NCBI GenBank assembly: GCA_963778805.1
Contig: CAVZVT010000005.1
Coordinates: 293,838-357,837 of the forward strand
DNA length: 64,000 nucleotides
DNA from: an uncultured Chloroflexia bacterium
GTDB lineage: Bacteria > Chloroflexota > Limnocylindria > Limnocylindrales > CSP1-4
Reading direction: 5' to 3'
Shown piece after piece: positions 31,122-40,589 of the stretch. Position 1 is the first letter of the stretch. Every line of letters begins with the position of its first letter. Made by a program: the position numbers and the translations under genes. The notes beneath the pieces were generated by a model. That model was not told the DNA's origin. It saw only the letters and a list, made by a program, of their open reading frames with translations, and made no database searches.

Positions 31122-32105
31122 TTGGCCGCCGAAACGTTTTACGGCCAGATCGCCGCCAATAAGCGGAATTCGTTCCTGATGGCGTTGCTCGTCGTCGCCC
31201 TGCTGGCGGCGCTGGGCTTCTCGATCGGGTACGTCATCTTCGGGACGCCGGCGGGCGGTCTCGCTGTGACGCTGTTCGCGATCGCGCTCGGCGGTCTCTC
31301 GGGCGTCTTCACCTACTTCCAGGGTGACAAGCTCGTCCTGGCGGTCAGCGGTGCCCGCGCGGTGGACGAGACGAGCGCCCCGCAGTTGCTCAACGTGGTG
31401 CGCGAGATGGCCGTGGCCGCCAACGTGCCCATGCCGGCGGTCTACATCATCGATGACACCGCGCCCAATGCCTTTGCCACCGGTCGCGACCCGGCCCACG
31501 CATCGGTCGCCATCACGTCTGGCCTCCTCCAGAAGCTGGATCGGGAGGAGCTCCAGGGCGTCATCGGTCACGAGCTTTCGCACGTGCGCAACCTCGACAT
31601 CCGGTTCTCGCTCGTGGTCGGGGTCATGGTCGGGGCCATCGCGATCCTGGCCGACTTCTTCCTCCGGTTCACGTTCTGGGGCGGCGCCAGCGGGAGGTCA
31701 CGCGACCGTGACAGCAGCGGTGGGAACGGAGCCCAGGCGATCGTGATGGTCATCGCGATCACGCTGGCGATCCTTGCGCCGCTCATCAGCCGGTTCATCC
31801 AGCTCGCGGTCAGCCGACAACGCGAGTACCTCGCCGATGCCTCGTCCGTGGAGCTGACGCGGAACCCGTACGGGCTCGAGCGAGCGCTTGCCAAGATCGG
31901 CGGCGACAAGGAGGTGCTCGAGGTCGCGAACCGGGGCACCCAGCACATGTACTTCACGAACCCGATCAAGAAGTTCGAAGCCCGCTCGTCCAACCTGATG
32001 TCGACGCATCCGCCGATCCTCGATCGGATCAATCGCCTGCGTGAACTGACCGGCGACCCGCCGCTGGCAGCCCCCGAGGCCGCCAGTCTGACCGGCCTGG
32101 AGTAG
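31122..32105 (+). CDS. htpX: HtpX-like M48 family zinc metalloprotease
   Basis: 4 TM helices and the HEXXH motif (GHELSHVRN); TTG start preceded by a CAGGAGGGG RBS. Confidence 0.8.
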   Translation: MAAETFYGQIAANKRNSFLMALLVVALLAALGFSIGYVIFGTPAGGLAVTLFAIALGGLSGVFTYFQGDKLVLAVSGARAVDETSAPQLLNVVREMAVAANVPMPAVYIIDDTAPNAFATGRDPAHASVAITSGLLQKLDREELQGVIGHELSHVRNLDIRFSLVVGVMVGAIAILADFFLRFTFWGGASGRSRDRDSSGGNGAQAIVMVIAITLAILAPLISRFIQLAVSRQREYLADASSVELTRNPYGLERALAKIGGDKEVLEVANRGTQHMYFTNPIKKFEARSSNLMSTHPPILDRINRLRELTGDPPLAAPEAASLTGLE

Positions 32106-32135
32106 GGGAGTGACCGGCTCTGACGAGGCCCGCCG

Positions 32136-32166
32136 TTGACCCGCGCCGGACCGCTCGTGGTATCCT
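32136..32166 (+). promoter_or_regulatory. putative promoter of the tRNA cluster (-35 TTGACC, 19-nt spacer, extended -10 TGGTATCCT)
   Basis: Hexamers positioned ~40 nt upstream of tRNA-Phe. Confidence 0.4.
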
Positions 32167-32207
32167 CCGCTGCGCCGACGGACAGTCGCAGGCTGGTTGG
32201 CCATCGG

Positions 32208-32283
32208 GCCGAGATAGCTCAGTTGGTAGAGCACGCGACTGAAAATCGCGGTGTCGCCAGTTCGAATCTGGCTCTCGGCACCA
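32208..32283 (+). tRNA. tRNA-Phe (anticodon GAA)
   Basis: Acceptor GCCGAGA/TCTCGGC, anticodon loop CTGAAAA, and CCA. Confidence 0.85.
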
Positions 32284-32309
32284 TCACTTCGGTGATCGGG
32301 CACACACGG

Positions 32310-32385
32310 GCGGAAGTGGCTCAGTTGGTAGAGCATCACCTTGCCAAGGTGAGGGTCGCGGGTTCGAGTCCCGTCTTCCGCTCCA
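32310..32385 (+). tRNA. tRNA-Gly (anticodon GCC)
   Basis: Acceptor GCGGAAG/CTTCCGC, anticodon stem TCACC/GGTGA with loop TTGCCAA, and CCA. Confidence 0.85.
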
Positions 32386-32405
32386 TTCCCTTTCCTATGG
32401 ACCGC

Positions 32406-32479
32406 TGCCCCTTCGTCTAGTGGTAGGACAGCGGACTTTGAATCCGTGAACCGAGGTTCGAACCCTCGAGGGGCAGCCA
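32406..32479 (+). tRNA. tRNA-Gln (anticodon TTG)
   Basis: Acceptor TGCCCCT/AGGGGCA, anticodon loop CTTTGAA, and CCA. Confidence 0.75.
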
Positions 32480-32487
32480 ACAACATC

Positions 32488-32564
32488 GGCGACGTGGTGA
32501 AGTGGTTCAACACGGAGGTCTGCAAAACCTCTATTCACCGGTTCGAATCCGGTCGTCGCCTCCA
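32488..32564 (+). tRNA. tRNA-Cys (anticodon GCA)
   Basis: Acceptor GGCGACG/CGTCGCC, anticodon loop CTGCAAA, and CCA. Confidence 0.75.
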
Positions 32565-32583
32565 CCTTCCGAACACAACACGG

Positions 32584-32614
32584 CCCGCTGGGATACCAGC
32601 GGGTCGTTCGTTGT
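32584..32614 (+). terminator. putative intrinsic terminator after the tRNA cluster (8-bp stem CCCGCTGG/CCAGCGGG, then tcgttcgttgt)
   Basis: Perfect hairpin 20 nt after tRNA-Cys; a second hairpin at ~32630-32655 faces the convergent DoxX gene. Confidence 0.45.
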
Positions 32615-32709
32615 GGGCCTCGCATCCACGCCGAACGAGCGGGCCTCGGTAGACCCGCTCGTCTGGATCCGGGTTCGCATCCTGACCCGGAAGGTGGCCT
32701 GGGTGGTTA

Positions 32710-33222
32710 CCCGAGGAGGTAGTGGAGCGCCGGTCGATGACTGACGACTTCGGTCTGCTCGAGCATCGCGTCGACCCCGTAGGACAGCCCGGCCTGGGCG
32801 TAGGCGAGGTACAGGGCGACCGTCACGTACATGACCGTTTCGTTGATCGGCCCGAAGCCGAAGTCCCACGCGGCGAGGGTGATGAGGCCCATCAGGATCG
32901 CGCCCATCACCGCGGAGAACCGCGTGGCGAACCCGATGATCAGCGCCACACCGATCGCCAGCTCACCGGCGACGACCAGGAAGTTCATGACCTCGATCGC
33001 CTGGGCGTTGCCCGCGAGGGCGACCCAGAAGTCGTGGGTCGGATTGACGATGGCCTTGGCAGCCGAGCCGGGCATCGTGCCCGCCGTGCCGAACTGCAGG
33101 AAGCCGGCCGACGTGAATGGCTTGCCCGAGGCGGTGAAGTCGAAGACCTTTTCGAGTCCGGCATACAGGAAGCCGGCGCCAAGGACGATCCGAAGTGCTG
33201 CGAGCCCCTTGTCCTTCTTCAT
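32710..33222 (-). CDS. DoxX family membrane protein
   Basis: A ~170-aa 4-TM protein with the DoxX-like LRIVLGAGFLYAGLEK motif. Confidence 0.7.
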
Positions 33223-33605
33223 GGGACGTTCCTTCCGCTTGAGTTCGGTGCGCCGCCGGGAGAGTGCCGGTGCGGTCGTCGATCTCATCTCGGATGCTGG
33301 CGATCCGAGGGCGTCAGGGACAGGTGCCGAGTGGCCCATTCGAGGCACCACGTGGCCCGGTCCGGATGGGCCGTCCGCGGCCTAGGAACGGGACGGCGGC
33401 CATGGAACGTCAGCGGGCCCGGGGGCGGACCCGCTGACGCCAGGGACGCGAGCCGATCAGCCGTTCGGCCGCGAGTCGAGGACCGTCGAGCGAGAGGACA
33501 TCGCACGCGGGTCTCGCTCTATTGACGCTTCGAGGGACCCGAAACGTTCAATCTGGATCGGCGCACGCCCGGCCTCGCACGCTGGGAGCCGCTACGCTGA
33601 GGCTC

Positions 33606-33691
33606 GCCGGAGTGGCGGAACGGCAGACGCAGCGGACTTAAACTCCGCGGCCCGCAAGGGCGTCCGAGTTCGAATCTCGGCTCCGGCACCA
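33606..33691 (+). tRNA. tRNA-Leu (anticodon TAA)
   Basis: Acceptor GCCGGAG/CTCCGGC, anticodon stem GCGGA/TCCGC with loop CTTAAAC, a long variable arm and CCA. Confidence 0.85.
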
Positions 33692-33717
33692 CGAACCGAC
33701 CGGCGCGCGCGGGGCGG

Positions 33718-34140
33718 TCAGCCCGTCTTGCGGCGGATCATGAAGCGCCCGGGTTCGGGCAGGGGCGTGAACCCGAAACGGGCGTACAGGCTGTGCGAGT
33801 GCGTCGTTCCAAGCATCCACCGCTGGATGTCCCGGAGATCGGGGTGCTCGATCACGACGGAGACCAGCCACTGGCCGAGGCCCTTCCCGCGGTGGTCGGC
33901 ATCGATGTAGACGTCGCACAGCCACGCGAAGGTCGCCTGGTCAGACACGACGCGCGCCATCCCGACCTGCCGATCGTCGTGGAGGAGACTGAACGTCAGC
34001 GACGCGTCCAGCGAGCGGTCGATGACCTCGGTCGGTCGTTCGGCAGCCCAGTACGAGTCCGCGAGGAACCGGTAGACCGCCTCGTGATCGATGCGGTGGG
34101 GGTCGGTCGTGATCGTGTAGCCGTCGCGCGTCCAGTCCAT
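33718..34140 (-). CDS. GNAT family N-acetyltransferase
   Basis: Acetyl-CoA binding motif …DHRGKGLGQWLV…. Confidence 0.8.
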   Translation of the reverse strand: MDWTRDGYTITTDPHRIDHEAVYRFLADSYWAAERPTEVIDRSLDASLTFSLLHDDRQVGMARVVSDQATFAWLCDVYIDADHRGKGLGQWLVSVVIEHPDLRDIQRWMLGTTHSHSLYARFGFTPLPEPGRFMIRRKTG

Positions 34141-34249
34141 GGTCCGGCATTCTGCCGCGTTCCGGGCCGGTCGGTCAGGGACCATCGAGCTATCGCCATC
34201 GCCGCGCCTCGATGGGAGGCTACGACCCTCCAGCACGAGGGCTCACACG

Positions 34250-34597
34250 ATGTCGATCTCCACCTCCACCGCGCCCGCTCGATCGGCGGGGATCTCCTTC
34301 GGCGCCATCACGCCCGATCGCACGCGTCGCGGCCGGATCAAGGCCGCCGCGTTCGGTGCGCTCGTCTACTTCGGCCTCTCGTTCGCCCTGGCGCTCGTGC
34401 TCTCGGACTCGACCCTGCCGGTGGCGCAGCTGGCGGCGCTCATCCTCGGTTCGGTCATGGCCGGCCGGCTGGTCGGCGCGCGGGATGGGCGCGACTGGCT
34501 GGCGACCTCGGGCTCGGTGGTGGTATCGGTGGTCGCCGTGAGCCTGGTCCTGTGGGCGTTCGTCGCACTGCTGGTGTGGGGGCCGTTCGCTCCCTGA
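34250..34597 (+). CDS. hypothetical membrane protein (3 TM helices)
   Basis: A 115-aa ORF with hydrophobic helices, divergent from GNAT and convergent with the ATPase gene. Confidence 0.4.
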   Translation: MSISTSTAPARSAGISFGAITPDRTRRGRIKAAAFGALVYFGLSFALALVLSDSTLPVAQLAALILGSVMAGRLVGARDGRDWLATSGSVVVSVVAVSLVLWAFVALLVWGPFAP

Positions 34598-34629
34598 CCG
34601 GCAGTCGCTGACCGGCTGGCCGCCGGGCG

Positions 34630-35850
34630 TCAGCCTCGACGCAGTCCGAATCGACCCGGCTTCTTCGCCTCGGGCTGCTCCGGGACGACGAACCCTTCGT
34701 CGCCGAAGGCCAGGTGGCTCAGCTTGACGAGCCGCTCCGCGACCAGGGTCTTCGGGGCGGCCAGCACGACCGGATTCCCCTCGTTGACCGCCCGGAGATA
34801 GACGAACGCGTCATACGGCAGGTCGAGCTCGATCTTCGAACCCAGCGCGCTCTCGACATCGCGGCGTTTCAGGATGTCGTTCGCGAAGAGCTGATTGAGG
34901 ACGAAGATGGACTTGAGGCCGACGGTCCCGACATCGTTGAAGTAGTCGAGGAGCGCGTGCATGGCGCGCAGCGCGGCGATCTCGGGGTAGACCGGCAGCA
35001 CGACCGACTCGGCGGCCTGGAGCACCGTCATCGAGCGCTCATCCACGACGGAGCCGGCATCCACCACCACGAAGTCGTACGCCTCGAGGAGGTTCTTGAG
35101 GATCTTCTCCACGTGCGAGGCCTCGACCAGGGCCGCGCCCTCCGGCGTGCCGGGTGCCGCGAGGACGTGCAGGCCCGAGTCGTGACGGATCGCGAAGGTC
35201 CGCAGGATCTCCGGCTCGCGCATGGCCGTCTCGTCGCGGACCACATCGGCGAGGGTCGCCTTGGGGACCAGGTTGAGATGACTCGCGACCCCGCCGAACT
35301 GGAGGGCCAGGTCCACGAGGACGACGCGATCCGGACGTCCCTGGGCCTTGGCGATCGCGATGTTCGTCGCGATGGTCGTGGTCCCGACCCCGCCCTTCGG
35401 GCTGAAGACCGCGACGGTCCGTCGGGCCCGGGCGACCACGAGACCATCCGCCGAGATGACCGGCGTCATGTCGCGTGATCGCTGGAAGCGAAGGAACAGG
35501 GCCTCGACCCGCGCTTCGAGCTCGCGATCGTCGAAGGGCTTCGCCATCACGTCGTCGGCGCCGGCCTCGAGGAAGGCGATGCGCTCCTCGACGTCATCGG
35601 TGGGGCTGACACACAGGACGGGGATCCCGACCATGGATGGGGTCGCCCGGACCTCGCGACAGAGGTCCGTCGCGCTCCTGGGGCCGCTGACGCCCGCGAT
35701 GATGATGAGCTGGTGACCGACGGCCTCCGCAAAGGCCTTGTCGGGGTCCGTGGCCGTCGTGACGGTGTACCCGACACTGGTCAGGACGGAGGCGATCGAG
35801 TCCGCCGAGGTCGCGTCGGCGTCGATGAGCAAGATGGAGCTGGCGGGCAC
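34630..35850 (-). CDS. CpaE/TadZ-like ParA/MinD-family ATPase with an N-terminal pseudo-receiver (REC-like) domain, orphan
   Basis: N-terminal LLIDADA…LIIIAG…FLEAGADDVMAKPFD (REC fold, with Ala where the phospho-acceptor Asp belongs); deviant Walker A VFSPKGGVGTTT; GTG start with a GGGGGAGG RBS. Confidence 0.75.
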   Translation of the reverse strand: MPASSILLIDADATSADSIASVLTSVGYTVTTATDPDKAFAEAVGHQLIIIAGVSGPRSATDLCREVRATPSMVGIPVLCVSPTDDVEERIAFLEAGADDVMAKPFDDRELEARVEALFLRFQRSRDMTPVISADGLVVARARRTVAVFSPKGGVGTTTIATNIAIAKAQGRPDRVVLVDLALQFGGVASHLNLVPKATLADVVRDETAMREPEILRTFAIRHDSGLHVLAAPGTPEGAALVEASHVEKILKNLLEAYDFVVVDAGSVVDERSMTVLQAAESVVLPVYPEIAALRAMHALLDYFNDVGTVGLKSIFVLNQLFANDILKRRDVESALGSKIELDLPYDAFVYLRAVNEGNPVVLAAPKTLVAERLVKLSHLAFGDEGFVVPEQPEAKKPGRFGLRRG

Positions 35851-36049
35851 GAGGCCTCCCCCTGGAGTCGGCGATGTGTGGCGAGAGCAGCCTCGCGCAG
35901 GTCGGACGGGGCTGAGGATACAACGGCGGGCCGCTTGACCGATGTCCGGCCGATGACAGGGGCCGTGCTAGACTACGGCCTCGTTTCCTTTCCGCTCCGT
36001 GCCGGCCTTGCCGTCAACGGGGCTTCCCCTTTGGAAGGAGTGCTTGCGC

Positions 36050-36486
36050 GTATGCGCCGATACGAACTCATGCTCGTGATCCGTCCCGATGTCGCGGACG
36101 ACAAGAGCCAGGCCGTCGTCGACCGGACGACTCGCCAGATCGTGGCCGCGGGTGGCCAGATCGTGAAGGTCGCACCGTGGGGCCGCCGCCGCCTCGCGTA
36201 CCCCATCGACCGCCATCGCGAGGGGTCGTACCAGATCATCCTCTTCGAGGCGCCGCCTGAGGCCATCAGCGAGCTCGAGCGGACCCTGCTCATCACCGAG
36301 GAGGTCCTGCGCCACCTCGTGACCCGGGCCGAGCGACCCACCAAGTCCCGCGGCGGTTCGGAACTCGATGACGACGATGACGACGTGACCGTGCCCCCGT
36401 CCGACGAGGACGAGGAGGACGATGACGACGGCACCGAACGGATCGACGAATCCGAGAGCGAGGCGGCCCCGGCCGCCATCGATTGA
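36050..36486 (+). CDS. rpsF: 30S ribosomal protein S6 with an acidic C-terminal tail
   Basis: MRRYELMLVIRPD…; GGAAGGAG RBS; structured ~60-nt leader upstream. Confidence 0.9.
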
Positions 36487-36498
36487 CGGAGGGCTGTC

Positions 36499-36945
36499 AT
36501 GGCGTTCTGCAAGATCATGCTCATCGGCAACCTGGGTCGTGACCCGGAGATGCGCTACACGCCCACGGGTCGTGCCGTCACGCAGTTCAGCGTGGCCGTC
36601 AGCAACAGCAAGCCCGACGGCCAGGGCGGCTGGGTCGACGAAGGCACGGACTGGTATCGGGTCAGCCTCTTCGGCGAGCGAGCCGAGCGGATCGCCGAGC
36701 AGCTCCGCAAGGGCAATCGAGTCTTCGTCGAGGGTCGCTTCAAGACCCGCGAGTTCGACGGCAACGATGGCCAGAAGCGGACGTCCCTCGACGTGACCGC
36801 GGACAACGTCATCAGCCTCGACCGCAAGGGTCGGGATGACGACGGAGCCTTCTCGGGCGCACCGGTCGGCGCGTCAAGCGGGGGAGGCGCACCATCGCGG
36901 GCCCCCTCCGACGACACCGACGGCCTCGACGACCTTCCCTTCTGA
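36499..36945 (+). CDS. ssb: single-stranded DNA-binding protein
   Basis: OB fold (NLGRDPEMRYTP…RVSLFGERAE) and an acidic C-terminal DDLPF tip. Confidence 0.9.
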   Translation: MAFCKIMLIGNLGRDPEMRYTPTGRAVTQFSVAVSNSKPDGQGGWVDEGTDWYRVSLFGERAERIAEQLRKGNRVFVEGRFKTREFDGNDGQKRTSLDVTADNVISLDRKGRDDDGAFSGAPVGASSGGGAPSRAPSDDTDGLDDLPF

Positions 36946-36963
36946 TCAGGAGAGCCACCACTC

Positions 36964-37233
36964 ATGCCTCCCCCTCGTTCATCCAAGAAGCGCGATGACA
37001 TGTATCGCGACCGTCGACGTCGCAAGGTCTGTGCGTTCTGCGCGGACAAGACCGTGCAGATCGACTACAAGGAGGTCAACCGCCTCCGTCGCTACCTGTC
37101 CGAGCGAGCCAAGATCGAGCCGCGTCGCAAGACCGGCACGTGTGCCGGCCACCAGCGCGAGCTTGCCGTGGCGCTCAAGCGCGCCCGACACGTCGCGCTC
37201 CTGCCGTACGCGCCGCAGCACCTTCGACCGTAG
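36964..37233 (+). CDS. rpsR: 30S ribosomal protein S18
   Basis: …[45 protein letters not shown]…. Confidence 0.9.
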   Translation: MPPPRSSKKRDDMYRDRRRRKVCAFCADKTVQIDYKEVNRLRRYLSERAKIEPRRKTGTCAGHQRELAVALKRARHVALLPYAPQHLRP

Positions 37234-37288
37234 GGCGCGTCCTTGACCGGCGGACCGGCGACGCTCGGCTCGTCTCGCGGCGGCTAGG

Positions 37289-38059
37289 GTGTTCGTCGGC
37301 CTGCTGATGGTCGCGGGCGGCGCGGGTGCCGGCCTGTTCGGCTCCCTGCTCGGCCTGGGCGGCGGCGTCCTGATCGTCCCGTTGCTGACGCTCGGGTTCG
37401 GGTTGCCGCTGCGCGAGGCCGTCGGTGTCTCGCTCGTGTCGGTGATCATGACGAGCAGCGCCGCGGCGGGCGTCTATCTCGAGCGGCACGTCGCGAACCT
37501 TCGGCTGGGGATGTCGCTCGAGCTCTTCACGGCCACCGGCGCCCTGGTCGGCGGCAGCATCGCGTTCCTGCTCGACGAGCAGGTCCTCGAGCTCCTCTTC
37601 GCGATCCTGCTCATCTACGTCGCCGCCTCGATGGTCTGGCGTCGAGGGTCGGCGGCGGACGCCTCGACCGACACGGCGCCCGGGAGTTACGCCGTCAGGA
37701 ACATGGGTCTCGGGATCGTCGGTTCGGCGTTCGCGGGCGTCGTGTCCGCGTTGCTCGGCATCGGTGGCGGCATCGTCAAGGTCCCGCTCATGAACCTTGG
37801 GATGGGCGTCCCGCTGCGCGTGGCCACGGCGACGAGCAACCTGATGATCGGGATCACGGCCACGGCCAGCGCGATCATCTACCTGCTCCGCGGCGGCATC
37901 GACCCGTATGTCGCCGGACCGACCGCGATCGGCGTCTTCCTCGGGGCCTCCCTCGGGTCGCGGGTCGCCCATCGGATCGACACCCGCTACCTTCGGGTGC
38001 TCTTCGTCGTGGTCCTGGTCGTCACGGCCTTCCAGATGCTCCAGAAGGCGCTCGGATGA
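37289..38059 (+). CDS. TauE/SafE family sulfite/anion exporter
   Basis: An 8-TM protein with two GxGGG repeats (LGLGGGVLIVPLL / LGIGGGIVKVPLM). Confidence 0.7.
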   Translation: MFVGLLMVAGGAGAGLFGSLLGLGGGVLIVPLLTLGFGLPLREAVGVSLVSVIMTSSAAAGVYLERHVANLRLGMSLELFTATGALVGGSIAFLLDEQVLELLFAILLIYVAASMVWRRGSAADASTDTAPGSYAVRNMGLGIVGSAFAGVVSALLGIGGGIVKVPLMNLGMGVPLRVATATSNLMIGITATASAIIYLLRGGIDPYVAGPTAIGVFLGASLGSRVAHRIDTRYLRVLFVVVLVVTAFQMLQKALG

Positions 38060-38418
38060 CGGGCATGTCTCGCCCGGAACGGGAGCGTCGGATCGGTCGC
38101 CTGCTGATCTCGATGACCTACGTCGCGGTGGCCCTTCTCGTCATCGGTGTCATCCTGATGCTCGTCAACGGCATCTCGCCGCTCGACACGGCGCCGACCC
38201 TGGATCCGTCGATGATCGGCACCGACATCCTGTCGCTGCAGCCCGTCGGCTTCCTGTGGCTCGGGCTCATCGTGGTCCTGGCGACCCCGATCGTCCGCGT
38301 CGCGGTGGCGGGCATCGGGTACGCCGTCGATCGGGACTGGGTGATGGTGCTCGTGGCGGTGGGCATCCTCTGCGTGATCGCGATCGGCGTCGCGACCGCA
38401 CTCATCACGGAGGTGTAG
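38056..38418 (+). CDS. DUF1634 family membrane protein (commonly paired with TauE)
   Basis: A 120-aa 3-TM protein; the ATGA overlaps the TauE stop. Confidence 0.55.
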   Translation: MTGMSRPERERRIGRLLISMTYVAVALLVIGVILMLVNGISPLDTAPTLDPSMIGTDILSLQPVGFLWLGLIVVLATPIVRVAVAGIGYAVDRDWVMVLVAVGILCVIAIGVATALITEV

Positions 38419-39481
38419 GTGGATCTGGTCGTCCTCGCGCTCGCGTTCGTCGTGATCCTCATCGGCGCGGAACTGTTCACCAACAGCATCGAGTGGTTCG
38501 GCCGCAAGCTCGAGCTCGCGGAGGGGGTGGTCGGGTCCGTCCTGGCCGCCGTCGGCACGGCGTTGCCCGAGACCATGATCCCGCTCATCGCGATCCTGTT
38601 CGGGACGAGCGCCGCGGCCGACGAGGTCGGGGTCGGGGCCATCCTGGGGGCGCCGTTCATGCTGGCGACCCTCGCGATGTTCGTCACGGGGATCGCGGTC
38701 CTGCACTCCGCCCGCCGACGTCCGACGGGTGACGTGATGCTCGTCGACACGCACGTGCTGGCCCACGACATGCGCTACTTCGCGATCGCCTACGCCATCG
38801 CGATCGGTGCGGCGTTCCTCCCGCTGGAACCCGTCTGGCTGAAGTGGATCGTGGCGCTCGTCCTCCTCGGGATCTACGCGTGGTACGTGAAGGGCCACTT
38901 CGAGGCCGACCCGGACGTCGATGCCAGCGATCTCTCGCCGTTGCGCTTCCACCGGTTCGATCGGGGAGCGCACCGGGCCGATCCGGTCGTGCCGCGGCTG
39001 CGGATCGTCAACATCCAGGTGCTCGCCGCGCTGGCCCTGATCATCCTGGGTGCCGTCCTGTTCGTGGAGGCCGTCGACCACATCGCGAACGTCCTCGGGG
39101 TCGACGAGTTGCTGCTGGCCCTGGTCATCGCCCCGATCGCGACGGAGCTGCCCGAGAAGGCCAACTCGGTCGATCTGGGTCCGGGCGAAGAAGGACACGC
39201 TCGCCATGGGCAACATCACCGGGGCCATGGTCTTCCAGTCGACGATCCCGACGGTCGTGGCGCTGCTCTTCGCCTCGCACGCGTGGGTGGTGACCGAAGG
39301 GACCTACCTGGCCTTCGCGTCGGCCGGGATCGCCTTCCTCTCGTCGGCGGTGATCTTCATCCCGATGGCGAGGTCCGGTCGTCTGCGCGGCAAGGGGCTC
39401 CTCGTCGGTGGCCTCTTCTATCTCCTCTACGTCGCGCTCGTGATCGCCGTCATCACCGGGGCCTTCGGCGGGGCCGCGTAA
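38419..39481 (+). CDS. CaCA-family Na+/Ca2+ exchanger (YrbG-like); frameshift near 39170
   Basis: Two alpha-repeat regions (GTALPE… and ATELPEKANS…) in two frames. Confidence 0.7.
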
Positions 39482-39563
39482 GGCCGCTGCTATACTCGGG
39501 CGACCGCTTCGGACCGTCGCGCGGCGTCAGCGCCGTGCTCACATTGCAGGAGCCCGACCACCG

Positions 39564-40544
39564 ATGCTGACCGAGAAGTCCGCCGACACCCCCGCGCCGA
39601 ACGTGCACCACGCCCCGCAGGCCGCGGCGCTCGACGACCTGATCTGCTACTTCGAGGGCGCCTTCGTCCCGATGCGCGACGCGAAGGTCAGCGTCATGAC
39701 CCATGCGTTCATGTACGGCACGGCGACGTTCGAGGGGATCCGCGCCTACTGGAACGAGGAGCAGGGTCGCCTCTACGGCCTGAAGCTCCGCGAGCATGTC
39801 GAGCGGATCCGCCAGTCCTGCCGGATCCTGATGATCGACGACGTGCCGTCCGTCGATGAGCTGACCGGGCTCATCGTCGATACCGTCCGTCGCAACGGCT
39901 TCCGCGAGGATGCCTACATCCGGCCGTCGTTCTACAAGTCGAACCGGGCGATCGGCGTCCGATTGCATGACCTCGAGAGCGAGCTGTACATCATCGCGCT
40001 GCCGTTCGGGAACTATGTCGACACGGAGCGTGGTGTCCGGCTCATGACGTCGTCCTGGCGACGGAACGCGGACGAGGCGATCCCGGCGCGCGGCAAGATC
40101 GTCGGTGGCTACGTGAACATGGCCTTCCAGAAGACCGAAGCCGAACTCAACGGCTTCGACGAGGCCCTGGTCCTCACCGGTGACGGCCACGTCAACGAGG
40201 CCTCGGCCGCCAACCTGTTCGTCGTCCGCGACGGCGTGGCGATGACGCCGCCCGTCAGCGATGACCTCCTTGAAGGCGTGACCCGCAAGGCGATCCTCGA
40301 GATCCTCAAGAACGAGGGCATCCCGATCGAGATCCGCTCCATCGACCGGTCCGAGCTGTACGTCGCCGACGAGGCGATCCTGTGCGGCACGGGCGTCCAG
40401 ATCTCGCCGGTCATCGAAGTCGACCATCGCAAGGTGGGTTCCGGCTCGGTCGGTCCGATCGGGGGGATCATCCGCGAGCGCTACTTCGATGCGGTCCGGG
40501 GCAAGCTGCCCGAGTACGCGCACTGGTTGACGCCGATCGAGTGA
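39564..40544 (+). CDS. ilvE: branched-chain amino acid aminotransferase
   Basis: Class IV PLP aminotransferase fold, ~326 aa; extended -10 TGCTATACT at 39488-39496. Confidence 0.9.
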   Translation: MLTEKSADTPAPNVHHAPQAAALDDLICYFEGAFVPMRDAKVSVMTHAFMYGTATFEGIRAYWNEEQGRLYGLKLREHVERIRQSCRILMIDDVPSVDELTGLIVDTVRRNGFREDAYIRPSFYKSNRAIGVRLHDLESELYIIALPFGNYVDTERGVRLMTSSWRRNADEAIPARGKIVGGYVNMAFQKTEAELNGFDEALVLTGDGHVNEASAANLFVVRDGVAMTPPVSDDLLEGVTRKAILEILKNEGIPIEIRSIDRSELYVADEAILCGTGVQISPVIEVDHRKVGSGSVGPIGGIIRERYFDAVRGKLPEYAHWLTPIE

Positions 40545-40589
40545 CCGGGCCCAAGGGGACCGCGGCCCGGCGACACGTCCGGTCGCGCG

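Noticed and set aside
33718-34140. GNAT acetyltransferase as a possible GNAT-RHH toxin-antitoxin module
   Set aside because: No small RHH or DUF1778 antitoxin gene is adjacent in the same orientation. The neighbours are a convergent tRNA-Leu and a divergent 3-TM membrane protein. The sequence looks like an ordinary ~140-aa GNAT.
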